DNA of 64,000 nucleotides from Escherichia virus TH35. The notes under the pieces were generated by a model that was not told where the DNA came from, made no database searches, and saw nothing but the letters and a program-made list of their open reading frames with translations. This document shows, in pieces, positions 8,250-17,997 of the stretch (its first letter is position 1; every line of letters begins with the position of its first letter). Location: the sequence record MT446408.1; one strand, written 5' to 3'. Both the position numbers and the translations under genes were made by a program.

Positions 8250-11146
8250 TGTTTCCACAATTGAGAGTTCGCAGCGGTTACACGTTCAAAGAAGTTTATG
8301 GACGGCATCCTGAAATTATAGCACGGCTCAAAGAGTTGGGCTGCGAAGTCGCGGCATTAGTTGATAACAACACATGGGGTCACGTTCGCTGGGAAAAGGA
8401 ATGCCAGAAAAATGATATTAAGCCTATGTTTGGGATGGAGATTCCAATCATCGACCCTGATGCGGACCCGAAAAAGGGATTCAAACCGAAGGCTTGGATA
8501 TTGGCCCTTGACTTGAAATCTTTTTACAATGCTACAACACTTGCAACGCAGCGCGGTGGACTTACCCGTTCAGAGTTCGGTGCGCTCGATGGCGTCGTTA
8601 AATTCTGTGGCGGTGCCGTGGAGTTGCTGCGGCCAGAGGACTACGACTATATAGACGTCAACCCATCATCGTTCCTTTTGGCAAAGCGCCAGGCATTGGC
8701 TCATCGTAGCAGTGGAAGGCCGCTGGTTTTAACCGGATACAATCACATGCCTTCACCTGAGCACGTTGACTTTGCTTATGCGTGGGAAGTGCGCGACACG
8801 GTTAAGCCGCATTGCATCGTTGACGTTGAAGACTTGCGCAAACAGCTTAAAGGCATCTTGACTGAAGATGAACTTGATCAGGCAACGGCCAATGCTGTGG
8901 ACATCGCAAACGGCATAGTCGGGCTTGACTTGAAATTGCGTAAGGCACCGATTATTCACCTTGCTGGTGACATGGTAAAGCTTGCTCGCGAGGGTATGGA
9001 GTACCGTCTAAAAGCAGGTCACATCAAAGAATGGACTCAGGAATACGAGGACCGCTTCAACGAAGAAATTCACCAGATTCAGCTGAAAGATTTCGACTCA
9101 TACTTTCTGGTGGTAGCGGACCTTGTACGATTCGCAAAAACAAAAATGCTCGTCGGTCCTGCGCGCGGCTCATCGGCTGGTTCACTTGTTTGCTATTGCC
9201 TCGGCATCACGGAAGTGGACCCAATCCCGTATAAGCTGCTGTTTGCCCGATTCATCGACGTAAGTCGCGCCGACCTTCCTGACATCGACATCGACTTTGA
9301 AGATACCAAACGCTATATGGTGTTTGATTATCTCAAAGAGAAATACGGCGAAATGAATGTTGCAAAGCTTGGCAACATCAACACGCTTAAGGCCAACTCA
9401 GTAATGGCGCAGGTTGGTAAGAAGTTCAACATTGGATACCACGAAACGGCCAACATTAAAAACGCACTGCTTGAATACTCATCCGGTGACGCCCGTTATG
9501 GTCACGGCCTGGAGGATACCTTTGCAACAACGACCACGGGCCAAGAGTTCGTGGCGAAATATCCTGACGCCGCGCGTTGCATGGGTGACCTTGAGATTCA
9601 CCCTTCCCACACAGGGGTGCACGCAGCGGGAATCATCGTGTGTAATGACCCAATCTCTGATTACTGTACTGTAACTGCGGAAGGGATTGCGCAAATCGAT
9701 AAGCCTGACAGCGAGTACCTTAACCTTTTGAAGCTTGATGCACTGGGCCTTCGTACTCTCGGCATTATTTCTGATACAGGCGTTATTGATGCTGAAACGC
9801 TCTACGGAATCAAGCTTGATGATCAAAGCGTACTTGACATTCTTAACGAAAACAAGATGTCAGGCATCTTCCAGTTTGAAGGTGACGCTGTACGCTCAGT
9901 AACAAACTTTGTGCACGTCGACAACTTTAACAAAATCGACAACCTGACAGCTTTGGGTCGACCTGGCCCGTTGTCATCCGGTATGGCCCAGAAATACATT
10001 GAACGCGCGGCAGGGCGTGCGCCGATTGAGTACGACGTGCCGCAGCTTGAGCCGTACTTGAAAGAGACTTACGGCGTGTTTCTTTACCAAGAGCAAATCA
10101 TGGCCGTGGTTAAAGAGATTGGTTCATTTGACTGGGCGAAAACGTCAGCTGTGCGTAAGGCGATGTCAGGCCGTAAGGGTGAAGAATACTTTAACAAGCT
10201 TGGCGAGGACTTTGTTGCAGGCGCAATCAATAACGGCGTACCGGAAGCGGATGCAAGAAAGCTTTGGCAAGCGATGGCCACGTTCGGGTCATGGGGCTTT
10301 AACAAGTCACACTCCGTGTCATACGCGGTCGTGACCTACTGGACCTTGTGGCTTAAGCGACACTACCCGTTGGAATTTGCCGCTGCCTGCTTACGCGCTG
10401 CTAAGGACGAAGACCAGACGATTGCGATATTACGTGAACTAGCGAAGGAAGGCGTGGATTATGTGCCAATCGACCCTGATCACTCTTCGATGAACTGGAC
10501 CATCGCGAACGGAAAGCTAATCGGCGGCATCATGAACGCGAAAGGATACGGAATGGTGAAGGCGATGAAGTATATCGAAGCGCGTGAAGCCGGAACCTTA
10601 ACGCAAAAGCAAAAGGACGCATTGGCCAATGCTGAAGTCAAATACGGCGACCTTACAGAGATGCACACAAAGTTCGGCTGGGCGTATAATGACCCGTATC
10701 TGATTGGTGTGACGTCCGGCGCTTCAATACGCCAGATGAAGGAAGTCGGTGATGACGAGCGTGCAATAGTAATCGGCAAGTTGACAAAGAAAGTGCTTGC
10801 AGACGAGAACGAAGCGACACGCATCCGTAAACGACTTGAGCGCGGCATCTATACAAAGCACGGCAAGCTTAAAAAAGGTCTTCAAGCTGATGGCCGCTAC
10901 GCAGAGTTTGACCAGTACGGAAACAAGCTTGAGACTCAGTTCATCGACCTTATGTGCAAAGACGACTCGACCGACTCGCCAATGCGCTTCAGGATTCGTC
11001 CAGAAAAGTTCCAGAAGTACGGGAAATACATTGCTGAAAACGTCGGGAACGGCGCATTCTTCCTGATGAAAGGTCGCAAGCTTGAAGGCATTGACATGTT
11101 CATAGTCGACGTTATCAAACAGGTGTATCCAGATGGCAACAAATAA
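8249..11146 (+). CDS. dnaE: DnaE-type (Pol III alpha-like, family C) DNA polymerase
   Basis: motif GPARGSSAGSLVCYCLGITEVDPIPYKLLFARFIDVSRADLPDIDIDFE matching the Pol III alpha active-site region; 965 aa. Confidence 0.85.
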   Translation: MFPQLRVRSGYTFKEVYGRHPEIIARLKELGCEVAALVDNNTWGHVRWEKECQKNDIKPMFGMEIPIIDPDADPKKGFKPKAWILALDLKSFYNATTLATQRGGLTRSEFGALDGVVKFCGGAVELLRPEDYDYIDVNPSSFLLAKRQALAHRSSGRPLVLTGYNHMPSPEHVDFAYAWEVRDTVKPHCIVDVEDLRKQLKGILTEDELDQATANAVDIANGIVGLDLKLRKAPIIHLAGDMVKLAREGMEYRLKAGHIKEWTQEYEDRFNEEIHQIQLKDFDSYFLVVADLVRFAKTKMLVGPARGSSAGSLVCYCLGITEVDPIPYKLLFARFIDVSRADLPDIDIDFEDTKRYMVFDYLKEKYGEMNVAKLGNINTLKANSVMAQVGKKFNIGYHETANIKNALLEYSSGDARYGHGLEDTFATTTTGQEFVAKYPDAARCMGDLEIHPSHTGVHAAGIIVCNDPISDYCTVTAEGIAQIDKPDSEYLNLLKLDALGLRTLGIISDTGVIDAETLYGIKLDDQSVLDILNENKMSGIFQFEGDAVRSVTNFVHVDNFNKIDNLTALGRPGPLSSGMAQKYIERAAGRAPIEYDVPQLEPYLKETYGVFLYQEQIMAVVKEIGSFDWAKTSAVRKAMSGRKGEEYFNKLGEDFVAGAINNGVPEADARKLWQAMATFGSWGFNKSHSVSYAVVTYWTLWLKRHYPLEFAAACLRAAKDEDQTIAILRELAKEGVDYVPIDPDHSSMNWTIANGKLIGGIMNAKGYGMVKAMKYIEAREAGTLTQKQKDALANAEVKYGDLTEMHTKFGWAYNDPYLIGVTSGASIRQMKEVGDDERAIVIGKLTKKVLADENEATRIRKRLERGIYTKHGKLKKGLQADGRYAEFDQYGNKLETQFIDLMCKDDSTDSPMRFRIRPEKFQKYGKYIAENVGNGAFFLMKGRKLEGIDMFIVDVIKQVYPDGNK

Positions 11147-11555
11147 CCGTGAGCAGAAATACATATTCGTGCCTTTAAAGAAGCATTCAGAGTCAGTATT
11201 GAAGCTTCAACGAATCGAGTCGATGACTGGTGATGGCGTGCCGGACGTAATCGGCACCAACCGGAAAGGGCGCGGCTTTTGGCTTGAAATGAAGTTCTTT
11301 GAATCGTGGCCTGCAAGGGCCACCACTGCACCTTTCAGAAATGCATTTGAGAAAGGTCAATGCAGCTTTCTTTCTTCGTGGAATGATTGGAAATACCCAT
11401 CATTTGTTCTGCTTAAGGTTGATTCTGAGAAGATGTTTTATTTAGTCCACCCTTCTATTGAATTAAAGCGTTATAATACTGCAGACGTTCAACGTGAGAT
11501 AATCGTGAAGGGAACTATTCATCACATCATCAAGTATTTAGAGGAATTGTCGTGA
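11133..11555 (+). CDS. VRR-NUC domain nuclease (PD-(D/E)xK)
   Basis: GDGVPDVIG...GRGFWLEMK matches VRR-NUC D...E-x-K core; overlaps polymerase end and SNF2 start. Confidence 0.6.
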   Translation: MATNNREQKYIFVPLKKHSESVLKLQRIESMTGDGVPDVIGTNRKGRGFWLEMKFFESWPARATTAPFRNAFEKGQCSFLSSWNDWKYPSFVLLKVDSEKMFYLVHPSIELKRYNTADVQREIIVKGTIHHIIKYLEELS

Positions 11556-13075
11556 AAACACAAGGAATGCGCCACCAATTATTGGCGCTTGATAAAGCAG
11601 GCCGCAGAAAATACTTTGCTTATTTCATGGAGCAGGGTCTTGGCAAAACCTGGACCGCTTTGGCAGAGTTTGAAAAGCATTTTACCGCTGGCGCATTTGA
11701 TGCCATGGTTGTAATCGCTCCTAACGGTGTACACTCAAACTGGATTCGTCGTGAAGCACCAGAGCACCTTTCCATTAAATGGATTGGTCATTACTGGCGC
11801 GGCAATGACAAAATGAAAACTAAAAAGGGCAAGGCGCTTTGGGAGAAGATGTTTGCTGATCACTATCCTGAAGGCGAAGTGCCTGCACGAATCTTCTCAT
11901 TCAACATTGACACGGTGAACACGCCAGTCGGTTATCAACACATTGAGTCCGTACTGAAGAAGTACCGCTGTTTGATGATCATTGATGAATCGACGCGTAT
12001 CAAAAATAACACAGCCAAACGCTCCATCAAGGTTGTGGAATTGGGACGGCTGGCAAAGGCCCGTCGAATCCTTTCCGGTACGCCGCTGCCGCGCTCGCCT
12101 GCTGATATTTACATGCAGTATCACTTCCTTGAAGCTGGCTTGCTTGGCACAAAATCGTTCCGTGCATTCAACTCTGAATTTACAGTCCTGCTTGAAGCGC
12201 ACGACCCAGAGATGCAGGCCATTCTCAAGAAAATCGGCGGCAACGGTTATGGCATTCCGCAAGTGCCGCGCAAAGACCATTTTGGCCGACCGATGTACAA
12301 AAACCTTGACAAGCTTATCCGGCTGATGGAACCGCACTATTTTCGTGCGACAAAAGCGGAATACTTGCCGGACCTTCCAGAGAAGGTGTACAAGTTTATT
12401 GACTTCGAGTTGTCGCCTAAACAACGCGATGTTTACGATGAACTCAAGAATGAGTACAACTATCTGATGGAGTACAAAGGCGAAGAAGAAAACGTTAAGT
12501 TTGAGATGATCGCATCTCGCACTAAGATGAAGCAGGTGACATCAGGCTTTGTTAAGGTGTATGATGAGATGGTCTACATGGAAGACAACCCACGATTCAC
12601 GGCCTTTAAGGACTATGTGGAAGGGGTGCTGGAAGACGACCCAGAGCGCAAATTCATTGTTTGGGCCATCTTTAAGGAAGAGATGAACCAGATTAAGGAC
12701 TGGCTTGAGTCTGAAGGCGTGGTCACTGGTGTATATAACGGTGAAACATCAAAAGAGCAGCGCGAGTTCTTGATTGATGACTTCCAGAAGAACACAGTTG
12801 AGAACGGTGGAACGCAAGTCTTAGTTTGTCACGCTGCAGCGGCAGGCATCGGAATCACGCTTACCGCCGCCGACTTGGCAATCTATTATTCTTGCAACTA
12901 TGACAACGAGTTGCGCAAGCAATCCGAAGACCGAAATCACCGCATCGGCACCAAATCAAGCGTGTTGTATGTTGATTTTATTGGGGTTGATACCATCGAC
13001 GAAGAAATTCAGCGTTCATTGAGTATGAAGTCTATGCTTGCTGATCACATCCTCGACGGCAAAAAGATGAATTAA
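11552..13075 (+). CDS. SNF2-family DNA helicase/translocase
   Basis: Walker A QGLGKT, DExx box IIDESTRIK, LSGTP motif, C-terminal helicase domain; GTG start with GAGGA RBS. Confidence 0.8.
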   Translation: MKTQGMRHQLLALDKAGRRKYFAYFMEQGLGKTWTALAEFEKHFTAGAFDAMVVIAPNGVHSNWIRREAPEHLSIKWIGHYWRGNDKMKTKKGKALWEKMFADHYPEGEVPARIFSFNIDTVNTPVGYQHIESVLKKYRCLMIIDESTRIKNNTAKRSIKVVELGRLAKARRILSGTPLPRSPADIYMQYHFLEAGLLGTKSFRAFNSEFTVLLEAHDPEMQAILKKIGGNGYGIPQVPRKDHFGRPMYKNLDKLIRLMEPHYFRATKAEYLPDLPEKVYKFIDFELSPKQRDVYDELKNEYNYLMEYKGEEENVKFEMIASRTKMKQVTSGFVKVYDEMVYMEDNPRFTAFKDYVEGVLEDDPERKFIVWAIFKEEMNQIKDWLESEGVVTGVYNGETSKEQREFLIDDFQKNTVENGGTQVLVCHAAAAGIGITLTAADLAIYYSCNYDNELRKQSEDRNHRIGTKSSVLYVDFIGVDTIDEEIQRSLSMKSMLADHILDGKKMN

Positions 13076-13087
13076 TATCAAAAATAA

Positions 13088-13133
13088 TTTGACTTGTCAC
13101 GGAAGATGAGTCATAATTACTTCATCGAAACGA
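13088..13133 (+). promoter_or_regulatory. sigma70-like promoter plus conserved leader
   Basis: TTGACT(13088-13093)-17 bp-CATAAT(13111-13116) then CATCGAAACGAA (13122-13133) as at 6191. Confidence 0.45.
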
Positions 13134-13149
13134 AACAGAGGAATACAAA

Positions 13150-13413
13150 ATGGTACGCATCCTTGAACGTTACAAAAATGAAGCTACTGGCGCAATCGCT
13201 TTCAAACGTCTTTTGGTCAAAGAAATTGACGGAATGTTTCGCATTGTTAAAGAGTTTGATTATGGCAACGGTGCTGGGGTGAATACCGTTATCATGCCTG
13301 GCATCAAGGCGTATAAAACCTTAAAAGGCGCTGAGAAGGCTTTGTCGGCTTGGAAACCTGAACGTTATCAAATGACCCGTGTTGAAGGGCTAATGCAAGA
13401 AGGTAAAATATGA
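13150..13413 (+). CDS. hypothetical protein (87 aa)
   Basis: ORF after promoter at 13088; ATGA overlap with next gene. Confidence 0.5.
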   Translation: MVRILERYKNEATGAIAFKRLLVKEIDGMFRIVKEFDYGNGAGVNTVIMPGIKAYKTLKGAEKALSAWKPERYQMTRVEGLMQEGKI

Positions 13414-13967
13414 GCAATATTAATTGGGAAGATGATTTGCCGCAGGTCGCTCCTGAGAGCATTCAAGAGCGCCTTGCGCGCTTAGTATCTGAATTGGCAG
13501 AACGCCAAGAAGCTTTGACAGAGCTTGAAGATGAAGCTGATATGCAAAAGCAGCGCATCAGTGAAATCAAGACTGTTTTACTTCCTGGCGTCATGGATGA
13601 GCTTGGCGTGTCTGAAATCAAGCTTGAAGACAAGACCAAAATCAAGGTCGAGTCGAAAGTGAATGCTTCAATCAAGAAAGAAAACGAATTAAAAGTTTTC
13701 GATTGGCTTGTCAACAACGGTTACGGCGGCCTGATCAAGTCCAGCGTCACGGCTGAGTTCGGTCGCGAAGAAATCGAACAGGCGCAAGAGATTGTTGCCG
13801 CGCTGCGTGAAGATGGTGTTGAAGCAACGTTGAAACAAGGCGTTCATTCTGCTACACTGAAGTCATTTGTAAAAGAACAACTGGAAGCGGGCAATCCAGT
13901 TAGTGAAGATATTAGCGTTTTTGAATACAAAGAAGCTAAAATAACCTTGCCTAAAAGCAAAAAGTAA
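13410..13967 (+). CDS. hypothetical protein with N-terminal coiled coil
   Basis: 185-aa acidic protein in the replication/recombination module; no motif recognised. Confidence 0.5.
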   Translation: MSNINWEDDLPQVAPESIQERLARLVSELAERQEALTELEDEADMQKQRISEIKTVLLPGVMDELGVSEIKLEDKTKIKVESKVNASIKKENELKVFDWLVNNGYGGLIKSSVTAEFGREEIEQAQEIVAALREDGVEATLKQGVHSATLKSFVKEQLEAGNPVSEDISVFEYKEAKITLPKSKK

Positions 13968-14026
13968 TTTAACCTTTATCTTGAAATCAGGTTGCCACGA
14001 AACTTGATACTATAGGAAAATATCAA

Positions 14027-14887
14027 ATGTCTAAGAAAGAAACTACCGAAGTTGCAGTGAAAAACACCCAGATGTCCGCTATGGCTGATTTTGTCGACAT
14101 GACCGATTTTGGCGCTGGTTTTGAAGGTGCCGATGCCGATGCGTATGCCATTCCTTTTATCGTCGTACTGCAGAAGATGTCTCCTATGGTCGACGAAGAT
14201 GATCCAAAACACGTTCCTGGCGCAAAAGCTGGCATGCTTTACAACACCGTTACTGGTGAGTTGTATGACGGCAAGAAAGGCGTGCAGATCATCCCTTGCG
14301 CATTCAAACGCACCTTCATCCTTTGGGGCGGTCGCGAGTCCGACGATAAAGGCTTTAAAGGTGAATTCACCAAAGAGCACGTTGATGCAGAAGTAGCGGC
14401 AGGCCGCGCTGTTGAGATCAACGGTAAAGTGTTTGTGCCGGACGAAAACGGCAAAGTGCACGAGAAGAAATCGCCTTACTACGCAGATACACGTAACCAC
14501 TTCGTAATTCTGTTGAACGAAGAAACTGGTGAATTTGGTAGCGCAATGTTGTCTTTGACTTCTTCGATGATCAAGCCGTCTCGCATGCTGATGACCGCGC
14601 TGCAGCAGAAGAAAGTTCAGACTCCGCAAGGTCTGAAAACGCCGCCGACCTTTATGAACATCGTTCGCATGGGTACTGCATCCCAGTCCAAAGACGGGAA
14701 CACCTGGTCTGTTCTGAAGTTTGAGTTGGAAGGTCTGGTGCAGGACAAAGGTCTGTATGAAGTCGCCAAAGCATTCCACAACGATGTAGTTGGCGGCAAC
14801 GTTAACATTGACCGCAGCAAGCAGGAAGAAGCAAGCGGTGCCGCTGGCCCTGTTAATGAAACTCCGACCGACGCAGAAGAGTTTTAA
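14027..14887 (+). CDS. hypothetical protein; possible ssDNA-binding/annealing protein
   Basis: 286 aa ending in acidic tail ...ETPTDAEEF (terminal Phe) reminiscent of phage SSB C-termini; function inferred only. Confidence 0.45.
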   Translation: MSKKETTEVAVKNTQMSAMADFVDMTDFGAGFEGADADAYAIPFIVVLQKMSPMVDEDDPKHVPGAKAGMLYNTVTGELYDGKKGVQIIPCAFKRTFILWGGRESDDKGFKGEFTKEHVDAEVAAGRAVEINGKVFVPDENGKVHEKKSPYYADTRNHFVILLNEETGEFGSAMLSLTSSMIKPSRMLMTALQQKKVQTPQGLKTPPTFMNIVRMGTASQSKDGNTWSVLKFELEGLVQDKGLYEVAKAFHNDVVGGNVNIDRSKQEEASGAAGPVNETPTDAEEF

Positions 14888-14905
14888 TCGACAATCAAAT
14901 CAACA

Positions 14906-14930
14906 AGGCTGCCGATTGGCGGCCTTTTAT
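14906..14930 (+). terminator. rho-independent terminator
   Basis: AGGCTGCC-gatt-GGCGGCCT stem (one G-U pair) followed by TTTT. Confidence 0.5.
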
Positions 14931-14944
14931 TTATCTGGTGCATC

Positions 14945-15463
14945 ATGATAGAAAGAATTGTACCACTCCTGAAGATTATGGCCCTTGTTGGCGCGTTTGC
15001 CGCTGGATCATACGTTGAAGACCTGCAGCAAACCAACGCATCACTGGCCAAGGATAACCAATATCTGACATCGCTTAATGAGCGTAAGGACAAGATAAAT
15101 GCACTCGAAGAGCAAATTGCATCTTTACAGGTTGAATCGGCATCGGCATATGAGAAAGGTCGCCAGGAAGCGCAACTGGTTGCTGATGACACTATTGCTC
15201 GTTACAAGTCTGGGAATATCAAGTTGCGCGAGCAACTCAGCTGCTCCCGTGAGTTACTCAGGAGTGTGCCCGACTCTGCGACCACTGGACGCCTCTCTAT
15301 CCCAGAAGGAAACTGTGGACTATCAGAAGAAGATGTCAGATTTCTTGTTCAGTTCGCCGCAGAAACAAACCGATTAAAAGATAAAGTTAATAGCTTGATT
15401 GATACTTATAATCAGGCTAAAATAAAAATCGATCAATTCAATGCATCAAAGGAAAATAAATGA
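14945..15463 (+). CDS. i-spanin (Rz-like)
   Basis: N-terminal TMD IVPLLKIMALVGAFAAGSYV, periplasmic coiled coil, conserved Cys; carries embedded +1-frame lipoprotein ORF. Confidence 0.6.
   Translation: MIERIVPLLKIMALVGAFAAGSYVEDLQQTNASLAKDNQYLTSLNERKDKINALEEQIASLQVESASAYEKGRQEAQLVADDTIARYKSGNIKLREQLSCSRELLRSVPDSATTGRLSIPEGNCGLSEEDVRFLVQFAAETNRLKDKVNSLIDTYNQAKIKIDQFNASKENK
15150..15377 (+). CDS. o-spanin (Rz1-like) lipoprotein, embedded in i-spanin gene
   Basis: ATG 15150; signal MRKVARKRNWLLMTLLLVTSLGISS-C with lipobox ISSC; short Pro-containing mature part; wholly inside 14945-15463 in another frame. Confidence 0.55.
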   Translation: MRKVARKRNWLLMTLLLVTSLGISSCASNSAAPVSYSGVCPTLRPLDASLSQKETVDYQKKMSDFLFSSPQKQTD

Positions 15464-16053
15464 AACAGATTTATGCAAACATTCGCCAGTGGGCTTCTGA
15501 CCGTAACATCATCCAAGGTTGCGACCTTAAGGACCAATACCCGAAGCTTATCAGCGAGTTTGGGGAGTTAACCGACCACGTTGATCAACTCCATGACCTT
15601 GTGTTCTTTGACCATGAAATTGAATATACAGAGCAGGCCATCTGTGACCTGCAGGCCGCAATCAAGGACGACATTGGTGATTGTCTTGTTGTATTGACTA
15701 TCCTTGCCGCGCAAAATGGTGCAAAAATCGAAGACATCAACGGCGGCGGTTGCGCTGACAAAGGTGCCCACCCTCACTCGTTTATCCTTCGCTTGGCAAA
15801 GACTCTCGGACGGCTTGGTGACGCCATTGCTAAAAATCAGAGCATGGATATTGATGTCACCATCATGGTCGCAGTCGATTACCTTTCCGGCGTAGCTCAT
15901 GATTATGGCCTTCGCTTATCCGACTGTGCGCAAGCGGCCTACGAAGACATCAAGGACCGCAAAGGTGTCATGTACAACGGCACGTTTATCAAATCGACTG
16001 ATCAGGCTTACGCCTATGCGCTGGAACAAGTAATGAATGAGGGGAAAGAGTGA
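15460..16053 (+). CDS. MazG-like nucleotide pyrophosphohydrolase (putative)
   Basis: all-alpha NTP-PPase-like motifs KLISEFGELTDHV and DIGDCLVVLTILA. Confidence 0.5.
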   Translation: MKQIYANIRQWASDRNIIQGCDLKDQYPKLISEFGELTDHVDQLHDLVFFDHEIEYTEQAICDLQAAIKDDIGDCLVVLTILAAQNGAKIEDINGGGCADKGAHPHSFILRLAKTLGRLGDAIAKNQSMDIDVTIMVAVDYLSGVAHDYGLRLSDCAQAAYEDIKDRKGVMYNGTFIKSTDQAYAYALEQVMNEGKE

Positions 16054-17027
16054 TGGCAGGAGAGATCAAAGCGCTTAAGCCAATGAAAGGCTGTCAACGT
16101 AAGCAAATCATCGAACGCGGTGAAGACGTTCCGTTACCTTGCGGATTGTCATTTAAGGTTGATGGCATACGTGCTATGGCTTATGACAAGCTTCCTATGG
16201 GTACGTCTGGAATGCCGCTGCGAAACGTTCAAATCAAGAAAGAGTTCCTTTTCTTGGGCGATTTGATTTACGGCCTTGATGGTGAACTCATCGACGGCAA
16301 TCCTAATGACAAGAACGTCATGCAGCAGGCATATACTGCGTGCATGAATACTGATGCAATAACTAACTTTACATGGTGGGTGTTTGATGACTTCAGCGAC
16401 CCCGATTTACCTTTTGAAAAGCGTTATGCGAACTATCGGGCTAGAGTTGCTGAGGTCAATCAGTATCTCTTGGACCATGGCCACAGACCATTCCTTCGCG
16501 CCCTTGAATACCGAAACATTGAGAATATGGATCAATACGCGGCAATGCAAGTCGAAGCGGACCAGCTTGGATATGAAGGCTTATACGGCAAATCGTGGAC
16601 GGGCAAATACAAGCATGGTCGCGCAACGCCGAAGTCGCGTGATGTATGGAAAGACAAGCCGTGGACCGACGAAGAAGGACAGATCATAGATTTCGTCGAG
16701 ATGATGGAGAATAACAACGAAGCGTTCATTGATGAGCTTGGTCGCACAAAACGATCAAAGGAAGCTGAAGGACTCGTTGCCAAGGGTTATCTCGGATCAT
16801 TTGTCGTAGTCAATCCAAAGTATGTAGATGAGAAGGGTGAGATGATTCCTTTCCGTGTGTCCGCAGGTTCAATGCCTATGGCAGAGCGGAAGATGCTTTG
16901 GGATAATCGCGAAAATTATCGCCACAAATACTTGACGTATAAATTCTTTAACTTTGGCATCGTTGACGTGCCGCGCTCTGCGCTTTATAAATGCTTCCGT
17001 GATATTACCGATATGGAGTATTTTTAA
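16050..17027 (+). CDS. ATP-dependent DNA ligase
   Basis: motif I KVDGIR (adenylation Lys), motif III GLDGEL, motif IV EGLYGK, motif V K-x-K. Confidence 0.85.
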   Translation: MMAGEIKALKPMKGCQRKQIIERGEDVPLPCGLSFKVDGIRAMAYDKLPMGTSGMPLRNVQIKKEFLFLGDLIYGLDGELIDGNPNDKNVMQQAYTACMNTDAITNFTWWVFDDFSDPDLPFEKRYANYRARVAEVNQYLLDHGHRPFLRALEYRNIENMDQYAAMQVEADQLGYEGLYGKSWTGKYKHGRATPKSRDVWKDKPWTDEEGQIIDFVEMMENNNEAFIDELGRTKRSKEAEGLVAKGYLGSFVVVNPKYVDEKGEMIPFRVSAGSMPMAERKMLWDNRENYRHKYLTYKFFNFGIVDVPRSALYKCFRDITDMEYF

Positions 17028-17100
17028 CACACTGGATAAATAATTGTTGCGTATAATCTATCGCGCCGTTTTATAGAATTTAATATACAGTGTATACATA

Positions 17101-17131
17101 AAGCCGGAAATTTCCGGCTTTTCTTTTATTT
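17101..17131 (+). terminator. rho-independent terminator
   Basis: AGCCGGAAA/TTTCCGGCT perfect hairpin followed by T-rich run. Confidence 0.65.
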
Positions 17132-17202
17132 ACTTTCGGCGTATTTACTTTCAAAACCTTAAGCCTATACTATTAATATTCATAATCAAAAGGTGAATTA
17201 TA

Positions 17203-17745
17203 ATGAAAGCGAACAAATTAAAGATTGTTTTGATCATCATCATGGCTATGCTGACAGTTATATTCTTCACCAAGACTGCATCGGCTGAAAATATGTTCAC
17301 GCCGCCGAATGGAAGTGCAAAAGTTTTGACAAGATATTTCAACAATGGGCAGTCATTTGAGTTTTGCTGGAATAAATACGACGTAATAAAAGAAAGATTT
17401 GACAAAGAAAAGATGTGCGTAATGAATGATCGCGGTCGGCAGGTCGTGTCGTTTGTGTTCGGAATGTCGATGGCAAAAGTTGATGCCCCTGAAATCGTTG
17501 TCAGGTATAATACATTGGACAGCGGCCTTGTCGACAAGACATACCCTGTTGCAGTAGACAGCAGGACAGGCGGCGCACTAATACTCACTCCAGAAGATAA
17601 ATCAGATGTCGTTAACATGCTCATCAACAGCAAAGACGTAATCGTGTTTTATCACATTGAAGGCGTATCAGACTACCAAATGGCCTACTATCCACTGCCC
17701 TTGAGAGATGCTTCAGGTAATGTTAAGACACAGGAAGTGCGTTGA
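17203..17745 (+). CDS. secreted/periplasmic protein of unknown function
   Basis: signal peptide MKANKLKIVLIIIMAMLTVIFFTKTASA; own transcription unit between two terminators. Confidence 0.55.
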   Translation: MKANKLKIVLIIIMAMLTVIFFTKTASAENMFTPPNGSAKVLTRYFNNGQSFEFCWNKYDVIKERFDKEKMCVMNDRGRQVVSFVFGMSMAKVDAPEIVVRYNTLDSGLVDKTYPVAVDSRTGGALILTPEDKSDVVNMLINSKDVIVFYHIEGVSDYQMAYYPLPLRDASGNVKTQEVR

Positions 17746-17759
17746 CATGGGTGGTAGTT

Positions 17760-17972
17760 ATGCAGAAAGATTTGGAAGAAAACAAAAGGCTGAAAAAGGC
17801 TTTGACGTCTCAAATCTTGTCCCTGTTGGTAAAGCTTATTGGGGAGTCAATTAGCAACAAGGTGGCACGGGCCGCGATTGTAGGTGTGATTGGTATGGCG
17901 GGGTATTACTTCGACTTGCCAGACATTGATACAAGTTCCGCTCCGCCCGTCCAAGTTGAAGCCGTAAAATAA
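17760..17972 (+). CDS. small single-TMD membrane protein (holin candidate)
   Basis: ATG 17760 (track start 17742 is TTG); hydrophobic segment ARAAIVGVIGMAGYYF; convergent with endolysin. Confidence 0.4.
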   Translation: MQKDLEENKRLKKALTSQILSLLVKLIGESISNKVARAAIVGVIGMAGYYFDLPDIDTSSAPPVQVEAVK

Positions 17973-17974
17973 AC

Positions 17975-17996
17975 AAAGGCCCATATGGGCCTTTTT
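17975..17996. terminator. bidirectional rho-independent terminator between convergent genes
   Basis: AGGCCCA-tat-TGGGCCT hairpin flanked by A-run and T-run. Confidence 0.65.
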
Positions 17997-17997
17997 C

